This document shows, piece by piece, positions 48,382 through 57,611 of a DNA stretch of 64,000 nucleotides (position 1 is the first letter of the stretch; each line of letters opens with the position of its first letter). The notes below the pieces were generated by a model. That model saw only the letters and a program-made list of their open reading frames with translations, made no database searches and was not told where the DNA came from. Position numbers and translations under genes: made by a program. The DNA lies in NCBI GenBank assembly GCA_027491395.1, contig JAOZFI010000039.1:1-64000 (forward strand), read 5' to 3'. Source of the DNA: Thermoproteota archaeon. GTDB taxonomy: Archaea; Korarchaeota; Korarchaeia; Korarchaeales; Korarchaeaceae.

Positions 48382-50079
48382 TCATCTCAGGAAGAGGGCT
48401 GCCTTCTTCAACTTCCTCTTTTGCTCTAGGAACATAACTATGGCGTCTGCGGAGAGCATTCCCACTACTTTTCCCTTCTTCGGATCTATCACGGGGAGGC
48501 AGCAAACCCCGAACTCGTACATCTTATCCAAGGCGATCATGAGGTTATCATCGGGTTTGAGGAAGTCCACCTTCCTCACTATGTCTATCAGCTTCACCCT
48601 ATCCCACTCAGAGGTGGGAATGTTGTTCACGTCCCTCAACGCGATGACTCCCACGATCCTGTCATCCTTGGCCTTTACTGGGAAGACGAAATGATCTCTG
48701 TACTTGAGGAAGTACCTGTTGAAGAACTCCTTGACTGTCAGGTCGTCCCTTAACACAGGCGGTGGAGAGACCATCAGCTCCTTCACCCTAACCCTCTCCA
48801 ATTCCTCTATCTTGGTGGTCTCTACTATTTTCTGGTTCTTGGGGAGGGAATACTTCCCCGATACTATGTAGGCAACAGCAGAAGCCACTAACCCGGGGAT
48901 CACGTAAGCCTCGGACCCTGTAGTCTCAGCGACGAAGGATACGGCTGCTAGAGGAGTCTTGAACGCGGCGGCAAGGAAGGAGGACATCCCTAATGCTACG
49001 AAGAGGCTCGTGACGCTCGGATCCATGGTACTCATCGCTGACCCGAGGGTGGCGCCTATCACTATGGATGGAATGAAAACGCCGCCGATTCCTGCGCTCC
49101 CTAAGGTTAGGGCTGTGGCGATCATCTTGAGTACCGCCATCCCGAAGAAGAAAGTTGCATTACCCCCCCTGAAGGATAGCCTGACCAGATCGTAGCTCAA
49201 GCCGAATGGGTATAAGGTCTTCGTGGTAATTAGGGTAGCGATTGCAAGCAGCCCGACCGAAGCTCCTCCTACAACTCCCCTGAGTGTGTAACTCCTCCCC
49301 TCCATGATCTTTTCCACTAGAGAGACCGTCCTCACGAAGATAACCGAGAAAAAGCCCATGACTAAACCCTCCAAGAGACCTATACTGATGATGTAAAGAT
49401 CGACCTCGCCGAAGGGCTTGAAGGCCTTGAATATAGGTTCAGCTCCCAGTATTGATATGAGGGTGAGGTAGGAGACCACGGAGGATATGAGCGCGGGGAC
49501 CACTGCCTGATGAGCCATGTCATCCTTGTAAGGAACCTCTAATGCAAACATGAGTCCGGTCAGGGGAGCCTTGAATATGGCGCTCATTCCAGACGCTGCT
49601 CCTGTCAACAGCAGGATTCTTCCGTCTTCCTCTATTCCCAACCTGTCCATTAACCTCTTCACGGCAGCCCCAACTGCCCCTCCTATGTGGATGCTGGGTC
49701 CCTCCAGACCGGCGCTACCTCCCGACCCCACGGTCAGAACGGCTCCCAACGTCTTTACAGGAGCGTCTTTGAGTAACATCTCGCCCTCCCTATAATGATA
49801 AGCTTCCAAGACCTCCTCCGTCCCGTGAAAGTGAGGTAGCTTGGTCAGCTTTTCTCTTAGTATTCCCGTGACTGAGATTCCGACAAAGGGGACTATAGGG
49901 ATGAGCCATAGATACCCACTTTCGGCAATCCTCCTCAGCATGAGCTCGGAGGCATCGAGAACAGATATCTCTAGCAAGGAAACGAGCAGCCCCGTTAGGA
50001 ATCCCACGATGGAGGATACTGTTACCCACTTCACCAACATCTTATAGAGACCAGTGGATGGCCGGCTCACCCTGACCAT
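48382..50079 (-). CDS. CLC chloride channel/antiporter with CBS pair
   Basis: GSAGLEGP, FKAPLTG..FALE, GGVFIP, TPLA, C-terminal CBS domains; start trimmed to ATG 50079. Confidence 0.92.
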   Translation of the reverse strand: MVRVSRPSTGLYKMLVKWVTVSSIVGFLTGLLVSLLEISVLDASELMLRRIAESGYLWLIPIVPFVGISVTGILREKLTKLPHFHGTEEVLEAYHYREGEMLLKDAPVKTLGAVLTVGSGGSAGLEGPSIHIGGAVGAAVKRLMDRLGIEEDGRILLLTGAASGMSAIFKAPLTGLMFALEVPYKDDMAHQAVVPALISSVVSYLTLISILGAEPIFKAFKPFGEVDLYIISIGLLEGLVMGFFSVIFVRTVSLVEKIMEGRSYTLRGVVGGASVGLLAIATLITTKTLYPFGLSYDLVRLSFRGGNATFFFGMAVLKMIATALTLGSAGIGGVFIPSIVIGATLGSAMSTMDPSVTSLFVALGMSSFLAAAFKTPLAAVSFVAETTGSEAYVIPGLVASAVAYIVSGKYSLPKNQKIVETTKIEELERVRVKELMVSPPPVLRDDLTVKEFFNRYFLKYRDHFVFPVKAKDDRIVGVIALRDVNNIPTSEWDRVKLIDIVRKVDFLKPDDNLMIALDKMYEFGVCCLPVIDPKKGKVVGMLSADAIVMFLEQKRKLKKAALFLR

Positions 50080-50201
50080 TTTCCCTCCTCTCGGCCCTCC
50101 ACAGCAAAATAAAAAAAGGAATTTGGACTCGAAGACTTTGAAGTAACCCGTGTGGAATAAGTTAATTAGCAAGAGGCCGGACCTCAACGAGAAGGGGGCG
50201 T

Positions 50202-50591
50202 GTGAGCATGGCGTTGGCTGATTCCCTCTCGTTCATTAAGAGGGATAACTACTTGATCATGTCCTTCCTGATGGGGTTCATCGTTGGTCTTATTCCAGGG
50301 ATAGGGGTTCTGGGGCCCCTAGTTGGAGGTTTCCTTTACTCGTACTTCTCCATATTCTACGGCGAGATACCGAAGGATCAGGGAGAGGTCATAAAGAGAG
50401 GCGCCGTGATGGGAGCCATACTGTCACTGGTGGACTTCGTAGTGGGTCTGCTCTTCTGGGGACCAATCCTCCCCATGGGAATTATGATGACCTTTTCGGC
50501 TCTCGTATTAATAAACACCTTCGTGGTCGGTCTCATAATAGGAGCCATACTGGGAGGGATAGGGGGCTTCCTCTCCCTTCATGTGGAGTAG
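50202..50591 (+). CDS. Small membrane protein (DUF5518-like)
   Basis: IPGIGVLGPLVGGF...GAILGGIGG Gly-rich TM pattern. Confidence 0.7.
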   Translation: MSMALADSLSFIKRDNYLIMSFLMGFIVGLIPGIGVLGPLVGGFLYSYFSIFYGEIPKDQGEVIKRGAVMGAILSLVDFVVGLLFWGPILPMGIMMTFSALVLINTFVVGLIIGAILGGIGGFLSLHVE

Positions 50592-50668
50592 TCTCCCCTC
50601 TCTTATCATTTATCACCCTGTAACGGTTTATTTTAATACAGAGGATTCCTGCCTCCTTGGTGTCTTGA

Positions 50669-52039
50669 GTGAGCTGGTCCGTCCTCGAAGCCCTGAGAAC
50701 GAACCCCGACGTCCTCAAAGAAAGCCTGAAGAAGAGATACCTGCCCACGGATCTAGTCGACAGAGCATTGGAGCTCGATGCTAGGTGGAGAGAGGCCGTA
50801 ACCGAACTCAACAGGTTAAGGGAGAGGAGGAACGAGATAAATAGGGCTATCCCCCGTGCTGGTCCTGATGAGAGGCATGAGCTGATAAAGAGATCAAAGG
50901 AGCTCGGAGTCAAGGTCAAAGAACTGGAAGAACTAGTAAAAAAGCTCTCTGAGGAGAGGGACGCCATTCTAATGTCCCTCCCGTCCATAGTGCACGAGTC
51001 CGTGCCAGAGGGACCCGATGATACCTATAACGTCCCTATAAGGTTCTGGGGGGTTCCTAAGGTCCCAAGGAGCAAGCTCGAGAGGTTCAAGGGGGAGACC
51101 TCGGGTTTCAATGTGGAATATGAGCTGGTGGATTGGGAGCCCAAAGGACACGCTGACGAGTTGGAACTGGTGCTTAAGCAGGGAGACACCCTCAAGGCCG
51201 CCCAAGTATCGGGAAGCAGATTCTTCTATCTCTTCAGGGACATAGTCTGGCTGGAGCTGGCCCTAGTCATGTTCGCACTCGATCACATCACTAAGAAAGG
51301 CTTCATTCCCGTGTTACCACCCTACATGATGAGAGAGCAGTACTACTTAGGCGTGACGGACCTGGAGACGTTTAAGGACAGCATTTACAAAATAGAGGGC
51401 GAGGACCTCTACCTCATAGCCACATCTGAGCACCCACTCATAGCCATGCATGCTGGAGACACCTTCACTGAGGACGAACTGCCCCGCCTCTATGTGGGCG
51501 TGAGCCCTTGTTTCAGGAAGGAGGCCGGAACCCACGGCAAGGACACAAAGGGCATATTCAGGGTACACCAGTTCACCAAAGTGGAGCAGATCGTCTATTC
51601 AAAGCCAGAGGAGAGCTGGGAGTGGCACGAGCGTCTCATCAGGAACGCGGAGGAGATATATCAGCAGCTCGAGATCCCCTACAGGATTGTAAATATAGCG
51701 GCTGGCGATTTGGGCGCCTGCGCCGCCAAGAAGTACGACCTCGAAGCTTGGTTCCCTGCTCAGGGTAAGTACAGGGAGCTGGTCAGCTGCAGCAACTGTG
51801 TGGATTGGCAGAGCTACAGGCTCAAGATAAAACTGGATAGAAAGGGGAGAAGGGAATTCGTGCACACGCTAAACAGCACAGCCCTAGCAACTACTAGAAC
51901 CATATGCGCCATACTAGAGAACCACCAACGCGAGGACGGAGTCGTGGAGATACCTAAAGTCCTAAGGAGGTACTTGGAGCCCTTCGAGGCGGCTCCAAAA
52001 GAGGTAATAGAACCAATAAAGAAGCTGTTGAAGGAGTGA
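50669..52039 (+). CDS. serS: Serine--tRNA ligase
   Basis: N-terminal coiled coil, LIATSE, CFRKEAG, GIFRVHQFTKVE, KKYDLEAW, ELVSCSNC, HTLNST. Confidence 0.97.
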   Translation: MSWSVLEALRTNPDVLKESLKKRYLPTDLVDRALELDARWREAVTELNRLRERRNEINRAIPRAGPDERHELIKRSKELGVKVKELEELVKKLSEERDAILMSLPSIVHESVPEGPDDTYNVPIRFWGVPKVPRSKLERFKGETSGFNVEYELVDWEPKGHADELELVLKQGDTLKAAQVSGSRFFYLFRDIVWLELALVMFALDHITKKGFIPVLPPYMMREQYYLGVTDLETFKDSIYKIEGEDLYLIATSEHPLIAMHAGDTFTEDELPRLYVGVSPCFRKEAGTHGKDTKGIFRVHQFTKVEQIVYSKPEESWEWHERLIRNAEEIYQQLEIPYRIVNIAAGDLGACAAKKYDLEAWFPAQGKYRELVSCSNCVDWQSYRLKIKLDRKGRREFVHTLNSTALATTRTICAILENHQREDGVVEIPKVLRRYLEPFEAAPKEVIEPIKKLLKE

Positions 52040-52041
52040 GG

Positions 52042-53427
52042 TCAGAACCACAGCTTCCCAGGATTCATTATGCCGTTGGGATCCAGTAGCTCCTTTATCC
52101 TCCTCACGACCTCTAGGTAGCCCTCGCCCCTGACCGCCTTTATCTCCTCTAGGAAGAGCTCCTTCTTCGCCAAGCCTATGCCATGCTCACCGCTTATCGC
52201 ACCTCCCAGCTCTATGGCAAGTCTTCCTATCTTGACGAACATCTCCTTGGCCTTTCTGAGCTGCTCCCCATCCCTTGGGTCGAAGCATATGGTAGGATGG
52301 AGGTTCCCGTCGCCAGCATGACCGAACACAGGCATTCTCAACCCATATTCTTTTCTCAAATTCTCCAGCTCCCTCAGAGCTATCATGAGCTTGCTCAGCG
52401 GCACGGTTATGTCCTCTAGGAGCACGCCCGGATAAGCCCTAGTCACGGCAGCGTAGGCCCCCTGCCTTGCCAAGTAGAGCTGCTGCATCTCCTCCGGATT
52501 ATCGCTAGCTCTAGTTCTACCTCCGCTCTCCTTCATGACCTGCTCCACTTCCCCGGCCATCCTCCAGACCGCCTCCCTCGGCCCATCAACGTCAGCCACG
52601 ACCATGGCCTCGGCCACCTCAACACCATATCCTAAGACCTCGTTTACTATCTCTATTGTCTCCTTGTCCAGCAGCTCCAGCATCATCGGGACGTAGCCCC
52701 TCCTCCTTATCTGGGAGATGGCCCTTCCGGCATCTTCAAGCCTGTCGAAGGTCCCCATGACCCTGACGACCTTCTCCGGGAGAGGATATATCTTGAGCCA
52801 GGCCCTCGTTATCACCCCCAACGTCCCCTCGGACCCGATGAAGAGGGAGAGCAGGTCCGGACCCCACCTCCACTTGTAAACGGGCTCCCCTATCCTCAGC
52901 TTCCTTCCTCCCGCTAGGTAGAGCTCCATTGCGAGGACCCAGTTTTTCATCACCCCGAACTTGGCGCCCCTCAGCCCGCCTGCGTTCTCAGCCAGCGCGC
53001 CACCTATGGTGGCCACCCTAGAGCTCGCTGGATCGGGGGGGAAGAAGAAACCGTACTCCCTGCACGCCTTGTCCACCTCCAGAACCGTAGCTCCTGCCTC
53101 AGCCATCACGTAACCGTCATCCACGTTAACTTCCACCCTGTTCATGGGTGTCAGGTCCAAGACGATGGACTCAGGAGTCGTGGGTACGGGAGCTCCGGTG
53201 AGAGAAGTGCCGCTCCCCCTCGGAACCACGGGAACTCGCTCCCTGTCCGCTACCTCCAGCACGACTTTCACGTCCTCCTCGGAGCTGGCTCTCACCACGG
53301 CGCCGGGAGCCTGCTTGAACTCCGTGCTAGCATCCAATGAATAGGCGTACACATCCTCAGGCTCAGTTAGAACCTTCTCCCTTCCTATCCTCTTGGATAT
53401 CTCGGAGATCGCTTCGGAGAATCCCAT
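52042..53427 (-). CDS. FAD-linked oxidase, GlcD/D-lactate dehydrogenase family
   Basis: PRGSGTSLTG, FPPDPAS, TIGG, GSEGTLG, GHAGDGNLH, SGEHGIG, DPNGIMNPGK; start trimmed to ATG 53427. Confidence 0.92.
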   Translation of the reverse strand: MGFSEAISEISKRIGREKVLTEPEDVYAYSLDASTEFKQAPGAVVRASSEEDVKVVLEVADRERVPVVPRGSGTSLTGAPVPTTPESIVLDLTPMNRVEVNVDDGYVMAEAGATVLEVDKACREYGFFFPPDPASSRVATIGGALAENAGGLRGAKFGVMKNWVLAMELYLAGGRKLRIGEPVYKWRWGPDLLSLFIGSEGTLGVITRAWLKIYPLPEKVVRVMGTFDRLEDAGRAISQIRRRGYVPMMLELLDKETIEIVNEVLGYGVEVAEAMVVADVDGPREAVWRMAGEVEQVMKESGGRTRASDNPEEMQQLYLARQGAYAAVTRAYPGVLLEDITVPLSKLMIALRELENLRKEYGLRMPVFGHAGDGNLHPTICFDPRDGEQLRKAKEMFVKIGRLAIELGGAISGEHGIGLAKKELFLEEIKAVRGEGYLEVVRRIKELLDPNGIMNPGKLWF

Positions 53428-53444
53428 GACATCACCACCCATCA

Positions 53445-54836
53445 TCAGGTTACACCGGCCTTCCCGGAGTATATGGCATAGGCCCTGCCATAAACTATGA
53501 GCTCTTGGACATGGAGCCCCACCGGACAGGCTTGGGAGCACTGTCCGCAGAGAACGCACGAGTAGAGCCTATCCAGAACGGCCTTGGGCCTTACAGGATC
53601 ACCCTTCACGAGGGAATTTATCAAGGTCATCCTACCCCTCGCCGACCTGCTCTCCAGCCTGTCCAATGCTTTGGCCGTGGGACACTCCACATTGCAGAAA
53701 CCGCACTTCTTGCATTTGTCCGTCTCCCACTCGAGCATCTCAGCTAGGTCCTTTAGCTCTAGGCTCTTAGGTCTGGGGCTTGACGGGAATACCTTGTACC
53801 TATTGAAGCTCGGTTCCTCCGGCATCGTCTCCTCGATTCCGTTCCTCATAGCCTCGGCTACCAAGGATGCGAGGTCCTCAACGCTGATGTCCAAGCCAAT
53901 AGCATCGAAGCCCGTTCTAAGCATCATTATGCACGCTGGACAGGAGGTGAAGACCATTTGAGCCCCGGTACCCTTCAACTCCTCTATCCTCGCGTAGGAG
54001 ACCTTCCTAGCCAGGGGAGGTTGAGTGAGCTCCAGCCCCCCGTCACCGCTGCATCCGGTATTCACTCCGTGCCTAGGAGGCTCCACGTACTTCACACCAT
54101 CGATCCTGCTGAGGATGAATCTGACCTCGTCCACCACTCCCAGAGTCCTCGCCAAGTAGCAGGGATCGTGGTAGGTGACCTTAACCTCCCTGCCCAGCCT
54201 CAGGCGCACGCCCTTCTTGGCCATCTCCCTCGCGACGACCTCGACGAAGTGCAGGGCCTCCACATCCCACCCCTCGACGAACTCCGGGTAGTATAACCTG
54301 AAGGCCGTCGCAACTATCGGGTCCAGCGTGATCACCCTCCTCACGCCCAGTTCCCTGAACCTCCGGTGGACCCACTCCGCGTGCTCCTTGAACTCCCTCA
54401 GCAGTCCGTAGGTGTGCAGCGCTACGCCTGAGGGAGGTTCGTTCTCGAAAAGGTAGCCGACCTCGATTCCGAGGTTCTTAAGCACGTAAATCGCGTCTCT
54501 CAAACCCCTCTCATATCTCTCGTTGATTCGACCCCACAATACCTTGGCACCAACGGTGTATATCCCGAGCTTCCTCATGATTGGCCCGACCTTTGCTAGG
54601 GAGTTGATGTCCATGAAACCCTCCAGCCTCTTCAAAGCCCTGAAGGCACCCTCCGCGTATCCCATAACCGGGTACATCTCGCCGGCATAAAACACCGTGC
54701 CGTCCACTGGGCCCTTGGGCAGTAATCCCCTAGCCCACCTCGTCCTCTGATCCGCGCCCAATCCCAAGACATCGCCAACGGAAGTGGTATTTTCAGATGC
54801 GAATTTCACTATCTCCGGGACGGCCGTTCCCTTCAC
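53445..54836 (-). CDS. Fe-S oxidoreductase, GlcF/HdrD-like (CCG domains plus C-terminal 2x[4Fe-4S])
   Basis: TYHDPCYLAR, TSCPAC, then CKKCGFCNVECP and CVLCGQCSQACP. Confidence 0.88.
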   Translation of the reverse strand: MKGTAVPEIVKFASENTTSVGDVLGLGADQRTRWARGLLPKGPVDGTVFYAGEMYPVMGYAEGAFRALKRLEGFMDINSLAKVGPIMRKLGIYTVGAKVLWGRINERYERGLRDAIYVLKNLGIEVGYLFENEPPSGVALHTYGLLREFKEHAEWVHRRFRELGVRRVITLDPIVATAFRLYYPEFVEGWDVEALHFVEVVAREMAKKGVRLRLGREVKVTYHDPCYLARTLGVVDEVRFILSRIDGVKYVEPPRHGVNTGCSGDGGLELTQPPLARKVSYARIEELKGTGAQMVFTSCPACIMMLRTGFDAIGLDISVEDLASLVAEAMRNGIEETMPEEPSFNRYKVFPSSPRPKSLELKDLAEMLEWETDKCKKCGFCNVECPTAKALDRLESRSARGRMTLINSLVKGDPVRPKAVLDRLYSCVLCGQCSQACPVGLHVQELIVYGRAYAIYSGKAGVT

Positions 54837-54939
54837 CCGGGGACTTACTCCCCCCGCTTACTTATTAGTGGAATGGATCCTACCGGAGAATCGTCCGCTT
54901 CCCCGAGATCTTGGATCTCAGCCGAGGGATCCAGATACC

Positions 54940-55104
54940 TTTATAAATTGAAGATCGAGTGAAGGCGGAGAGGTGATCTCGCTGAGGGGGGATCGAGAAA
55001 CTTCTCCCACGCCGTGACCCTCTCCTTGATCTCTCATTACTGGGGAGAGACCACATCACCGATCCCTTGAGGCGGGACCATGTCTCCTTGAGGAGGTGTC
55101 TACT
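54940..55104 (+). promoter_or_regulatory. thrS promoter and long structured 5' leader
   Basis: TTTATAAA at 54940, about 135-nt leader with several stems, RBS GGAGGTG at 55092-55098. Confidence 0.5.
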
Positions 55105-57039
55105 ATGGTCAAGCTGAGATTGCCAGATGGGAGGGAGCTGGAGGCCAAAATAGGCGAGAGCATACTTGAGCAGATTCCTCCTGAGTCTGGACTCGTGGCT
55201 AAGGTGGACGGCAGGCTCGTGGATCTCACTTGGATTGTTCACGAGGGAGTGGAGACGATAGAGGTGCTGGACTTCAACTCCCCCGAGGGCAGGGAGACCT
55301 ACTGGCACACCTCTTCCCATATACTGGCTCAGGCGGTGAAGAGGCTCTTCCCAGAGGCGAAGCTAGGAATAGGTCCTGCTATAGAGGAGGGCTTCTTCTA
55401 CGACTTCGATCTCGGAGGAAGATCCTTCTCTCCGGAGGATCTGGAGAGGATAGAGGAGGAGATGAGGAGGATAGTGAGAGAGAACCTCCCAGTGGTCAGG
55501 GAGGAGATGGGGAGGGAGGAAGCCATCAAGCTGTTCAGGAGCATGGGCGAGGTATACAAAGTGGAACTCCTCGAGGAGATGGACGAGGATGTGGTCTCGG
55601 TCTACAGGCAGGGAGAGTTCGTGGACCTGTGCAGGGGACCTCATCTCCCCTACACCGGTTATGTGAAGGCCCTCAAGGTACTCCACGCCTCCTCAGCCTA
55701 CTGGAGGGGTGACGAGAGGAACCCGGTGATGCAGAGGGTCTACGGAATATCCTTCCCCACAGAGGAGGAGCTGAAGCGCTACCTGAAGATGAGGGAGGAA
55801 GCTAGGAAGAGGGATCACAGGATCGTAGGCCCGCAACTCGACCTCTTCTCCATGCCCTCCGAATTGATAGGGCCCGGTTTAGTGATCTGGCACCCCAAGG
55901 GGGCCCGAATAAGAAGGGTGATAGAGGATTTCCTAGTAAGGGTCCATCTGAAGTGGGGTTACGAGCTCGTTTACTCACCCCACATAGCCTACACCAACCT
56001 CTGGAGGACCTCAGGTCACCTCAACTATTACAGGGACTTCATGTACGTCTTCGAGAAGGAGGGGATAGAGCACGCAGTCAAGCCCATGAACTGTCCTTTC
56101 CACATACTCGTGTACAAGTCCAAGAGGAGGAGCTACAGGGAACTCCCAATGAGGCTGTTCGAGCTCGGCACAGTGTACAGGTACGAGAGGTCCGGAGTGT
56201 TACACGGCCTGCTCAGGGCTAGGGGGTTCACCCAAGATGACGCCCACATCTTCACGACCCCGGAGAAGCTGGAGGAGGAGATATTCAGGGTCATAGAGCT
56301 GGACGAGTACCTGATGCGATCCTTCGGCTTCGAGGAGTTCAAGGTGGAGATCTCCACGTGGGACCCGAGGCGTCCCGAAGAATACATGGGGAGCGAGGAG
56401 GACTGGATCAGGGCTCAATCAGCTTTGGAAGAGGCGTTAAGGAATAAAGGCTACGAGTATGAGGTGATGGAGGGTGAGGCCGCCTTCTATGGACCCAAGA
56501 TAGATGTGAAGCTCGTGGACTCCATAGGGAGGGAGTGGCAGCTGAGCACCATACAGCTCGACTTCAACCTCCCCAAGAGGTTCAATGTCACTTACGTAGA
56601 CGCCGACGGGAGTGAGAAGACCGTCATTATGATACATAGAGCCCTTCTAGGATCCATAGAGAGGTTCTTCGGCATACTGCTCGAGCACTACGCCGGGAAC
56701 TTCCCCCTCTGGCTAGCCCCAGTTCAGGCGAGGGTATTGCCCGTAGCTGAGAGGCATCTGGACAGGGCGAGGGAGGTTCTAGATCGCCTGCTCAGTGCCG
56801 GAATCAGGGCTGATCTGGATGACGCCAGAGGGACCCTTGGGTACAGGATAAGGGAGAGCGAGCTGGAGAAGGTACCGATCCTCCTAGTGATAGGTGACAG
56901 GGAGGTAGAGTCTGGTAAGGTGGCGGTGAGGCGCAAGGGCAAGGGGAACCTTGGGTCCATGGATCTGGAGGAGTTCCTCAGGGAGTTCACGGAGGAGTTC
57001 TTGCCGCCGGATCTGAGGGGAGGCTCCTCAACTTTTTAG
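55105..57039 (+). CDS. thrS: Threonine--tRNA ligase, bacterial-type (TGS plus SAD editing domain)
   Basis: LPDG TGS start, HTSSHILAQA, GFFYDF, DLCRGPH, RDHR, KPMNCP, FTQDDAH, AFYGPKID, IHRALLGSIERF. Confidence 0.97.
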   Translation: MVKLRLPDGRELEAKIGESILEQIPPESGLVAKVDGRLVDLTWIVHEGVETIEVLDFNSPEGRETYWHTSSHILAQAVKRLFPEAKLGIGPAIEEGFFYDFDLGGRSFSPEDLERIEEEMRRIVRENLPVVREEMGREEAIKLFRSMGEVYKVELLEEMDEDVVSVYRQGEFVDLCRGPHLPYTGYVKALKVLHASSAYWRGDERNPVMQRVYGISFPTEEELKRYLKMREEARKRDHRIVGPQLDLFSMPSELIGPGLVIWHPKGARIRRVIEDFLVRVHLKWGYELVYSPHIAYTNLWRTSGHLNYYRDFMYVFEKEGIEHAVKPMNCPFHILVYKSKRRSYRELPMRLFELGTVYRYERSGVLHGLLRARGFTQDDAHIFTTPEKLEEEIFRVIELDEYLMRSFGFEEFKVEISTWDPRRPEEYMGSEEDWIRAQSALEEALRNKGYEYEVMEGEAAFYGPKIDVKLVDSIGREWQLSTIQLDFNLPKRFNVTYVDADGSEKTVIMIHRALLGSIERFFGILLEHYAGNFPLWLAPVQARVLPVAERHLDRAREVLDRLLSAGIRADLDDARGTLGYRIRESELEKVPILLVIGDREVESGKVAVRRKGKGNLGSMDLEEFLREFTEEFLPPDLRGGSSTF

Positions 57040-57061
57040 CTTCTCCCCGCCCCTTCCGTAT

Positions 57062-57607
57062 ATGAGGTTCAAATCCCTGATCCTAGGAGTAGGGGCATTA
57101 GCGGTTCCACTGTTCCTTGTCTTCCTCTCGATAGCCTTTTCCCCTTGGTTTCGGTGGGAGGCTAACGCCCTCAGCGATCTAGGTCACTCCCTAAAGAGCC
57201 CCGTGGCTCCTCTGTTTAACGTGGGCCTCGTCACGGGAGGACTCTTGATGATTCTCTACTCCGTCCTCTACATGATTAGGAAGTACCCCCATACCTCGAA
57301 GCTCATGGCAGCATCTGGCTACTTCCTGATGCTGGTAGGGACCTTTGACGAGGTATACGGGGGGCTCCACTTCCTAGTATCTCTGTTCTTCTTCTTGGGG
57401 ATCGCTATAGCAGCTATAATTTACAGTTACGAGGGGAGGAAGAACTATCCGGTGATTTCCACCGTAGTAATTGCGGTCTCTTGGGCGCTGCAACTGTCCG
57501 GGGCCTGCCCGTGTGGTGAAGCGGTTCCCGAGATGATCTCGATTCTAGTGACCCTTCCGTGGTACTTGGACTCGTTGAGGAATGTGGAGAGGAGTCTTAA
57601 GTGGTAG
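57062..57607 (+). CDS. DUF998-family membrane protein
   Basis: SPWF.W..NALSDLG, FNVGL, LVGTFDE, LHFLVS..FF, AVPE. Confidence 0.8.
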   Translation: MRFKSLILGVGALAVPLFLVFLSIAFSPWFRWEANALSDLGHSLKSPVAPLFNVGLVTGGLLMILYSVLYMIRKYPHTSKLMAASGYFLMLVGTFDEVYGGLHFLVSLFFFLGIAIAAIIYSYEGRKNYPVISTVVIAVSWALQLSGACPCGEAVPEMISILVTLPWYLDSLRNVERSLKW

Positions 57608-57611
57608 TGGG

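Noticed and set aside
50080-50200. Possible fluoride riboswitch upstream of the CLC gene
   Set aside because: No GGCGAUG...UGAUG-type core is visible and the CLC lacks the GNNLI/GREGT signatures of fluoride-type CLCs
54973-55070. Thr-containing upstream mini-ORFs in the thrS leader (GTG 54973 MISLRGDRETSPTP; GTG 55014 MTLSLISHYWGETTSPIP)
   Set aside because: Only 2-3 Thr codons each and no properly spaced RBS; too weak to call a leader-peptide attenuator
57066-57078. GGTTCAAATCCC resembling a tRNA T-loop
   Set aside because: It is the start of the DUF998 CDS; no acceptor, D or anticodon stems can be formed
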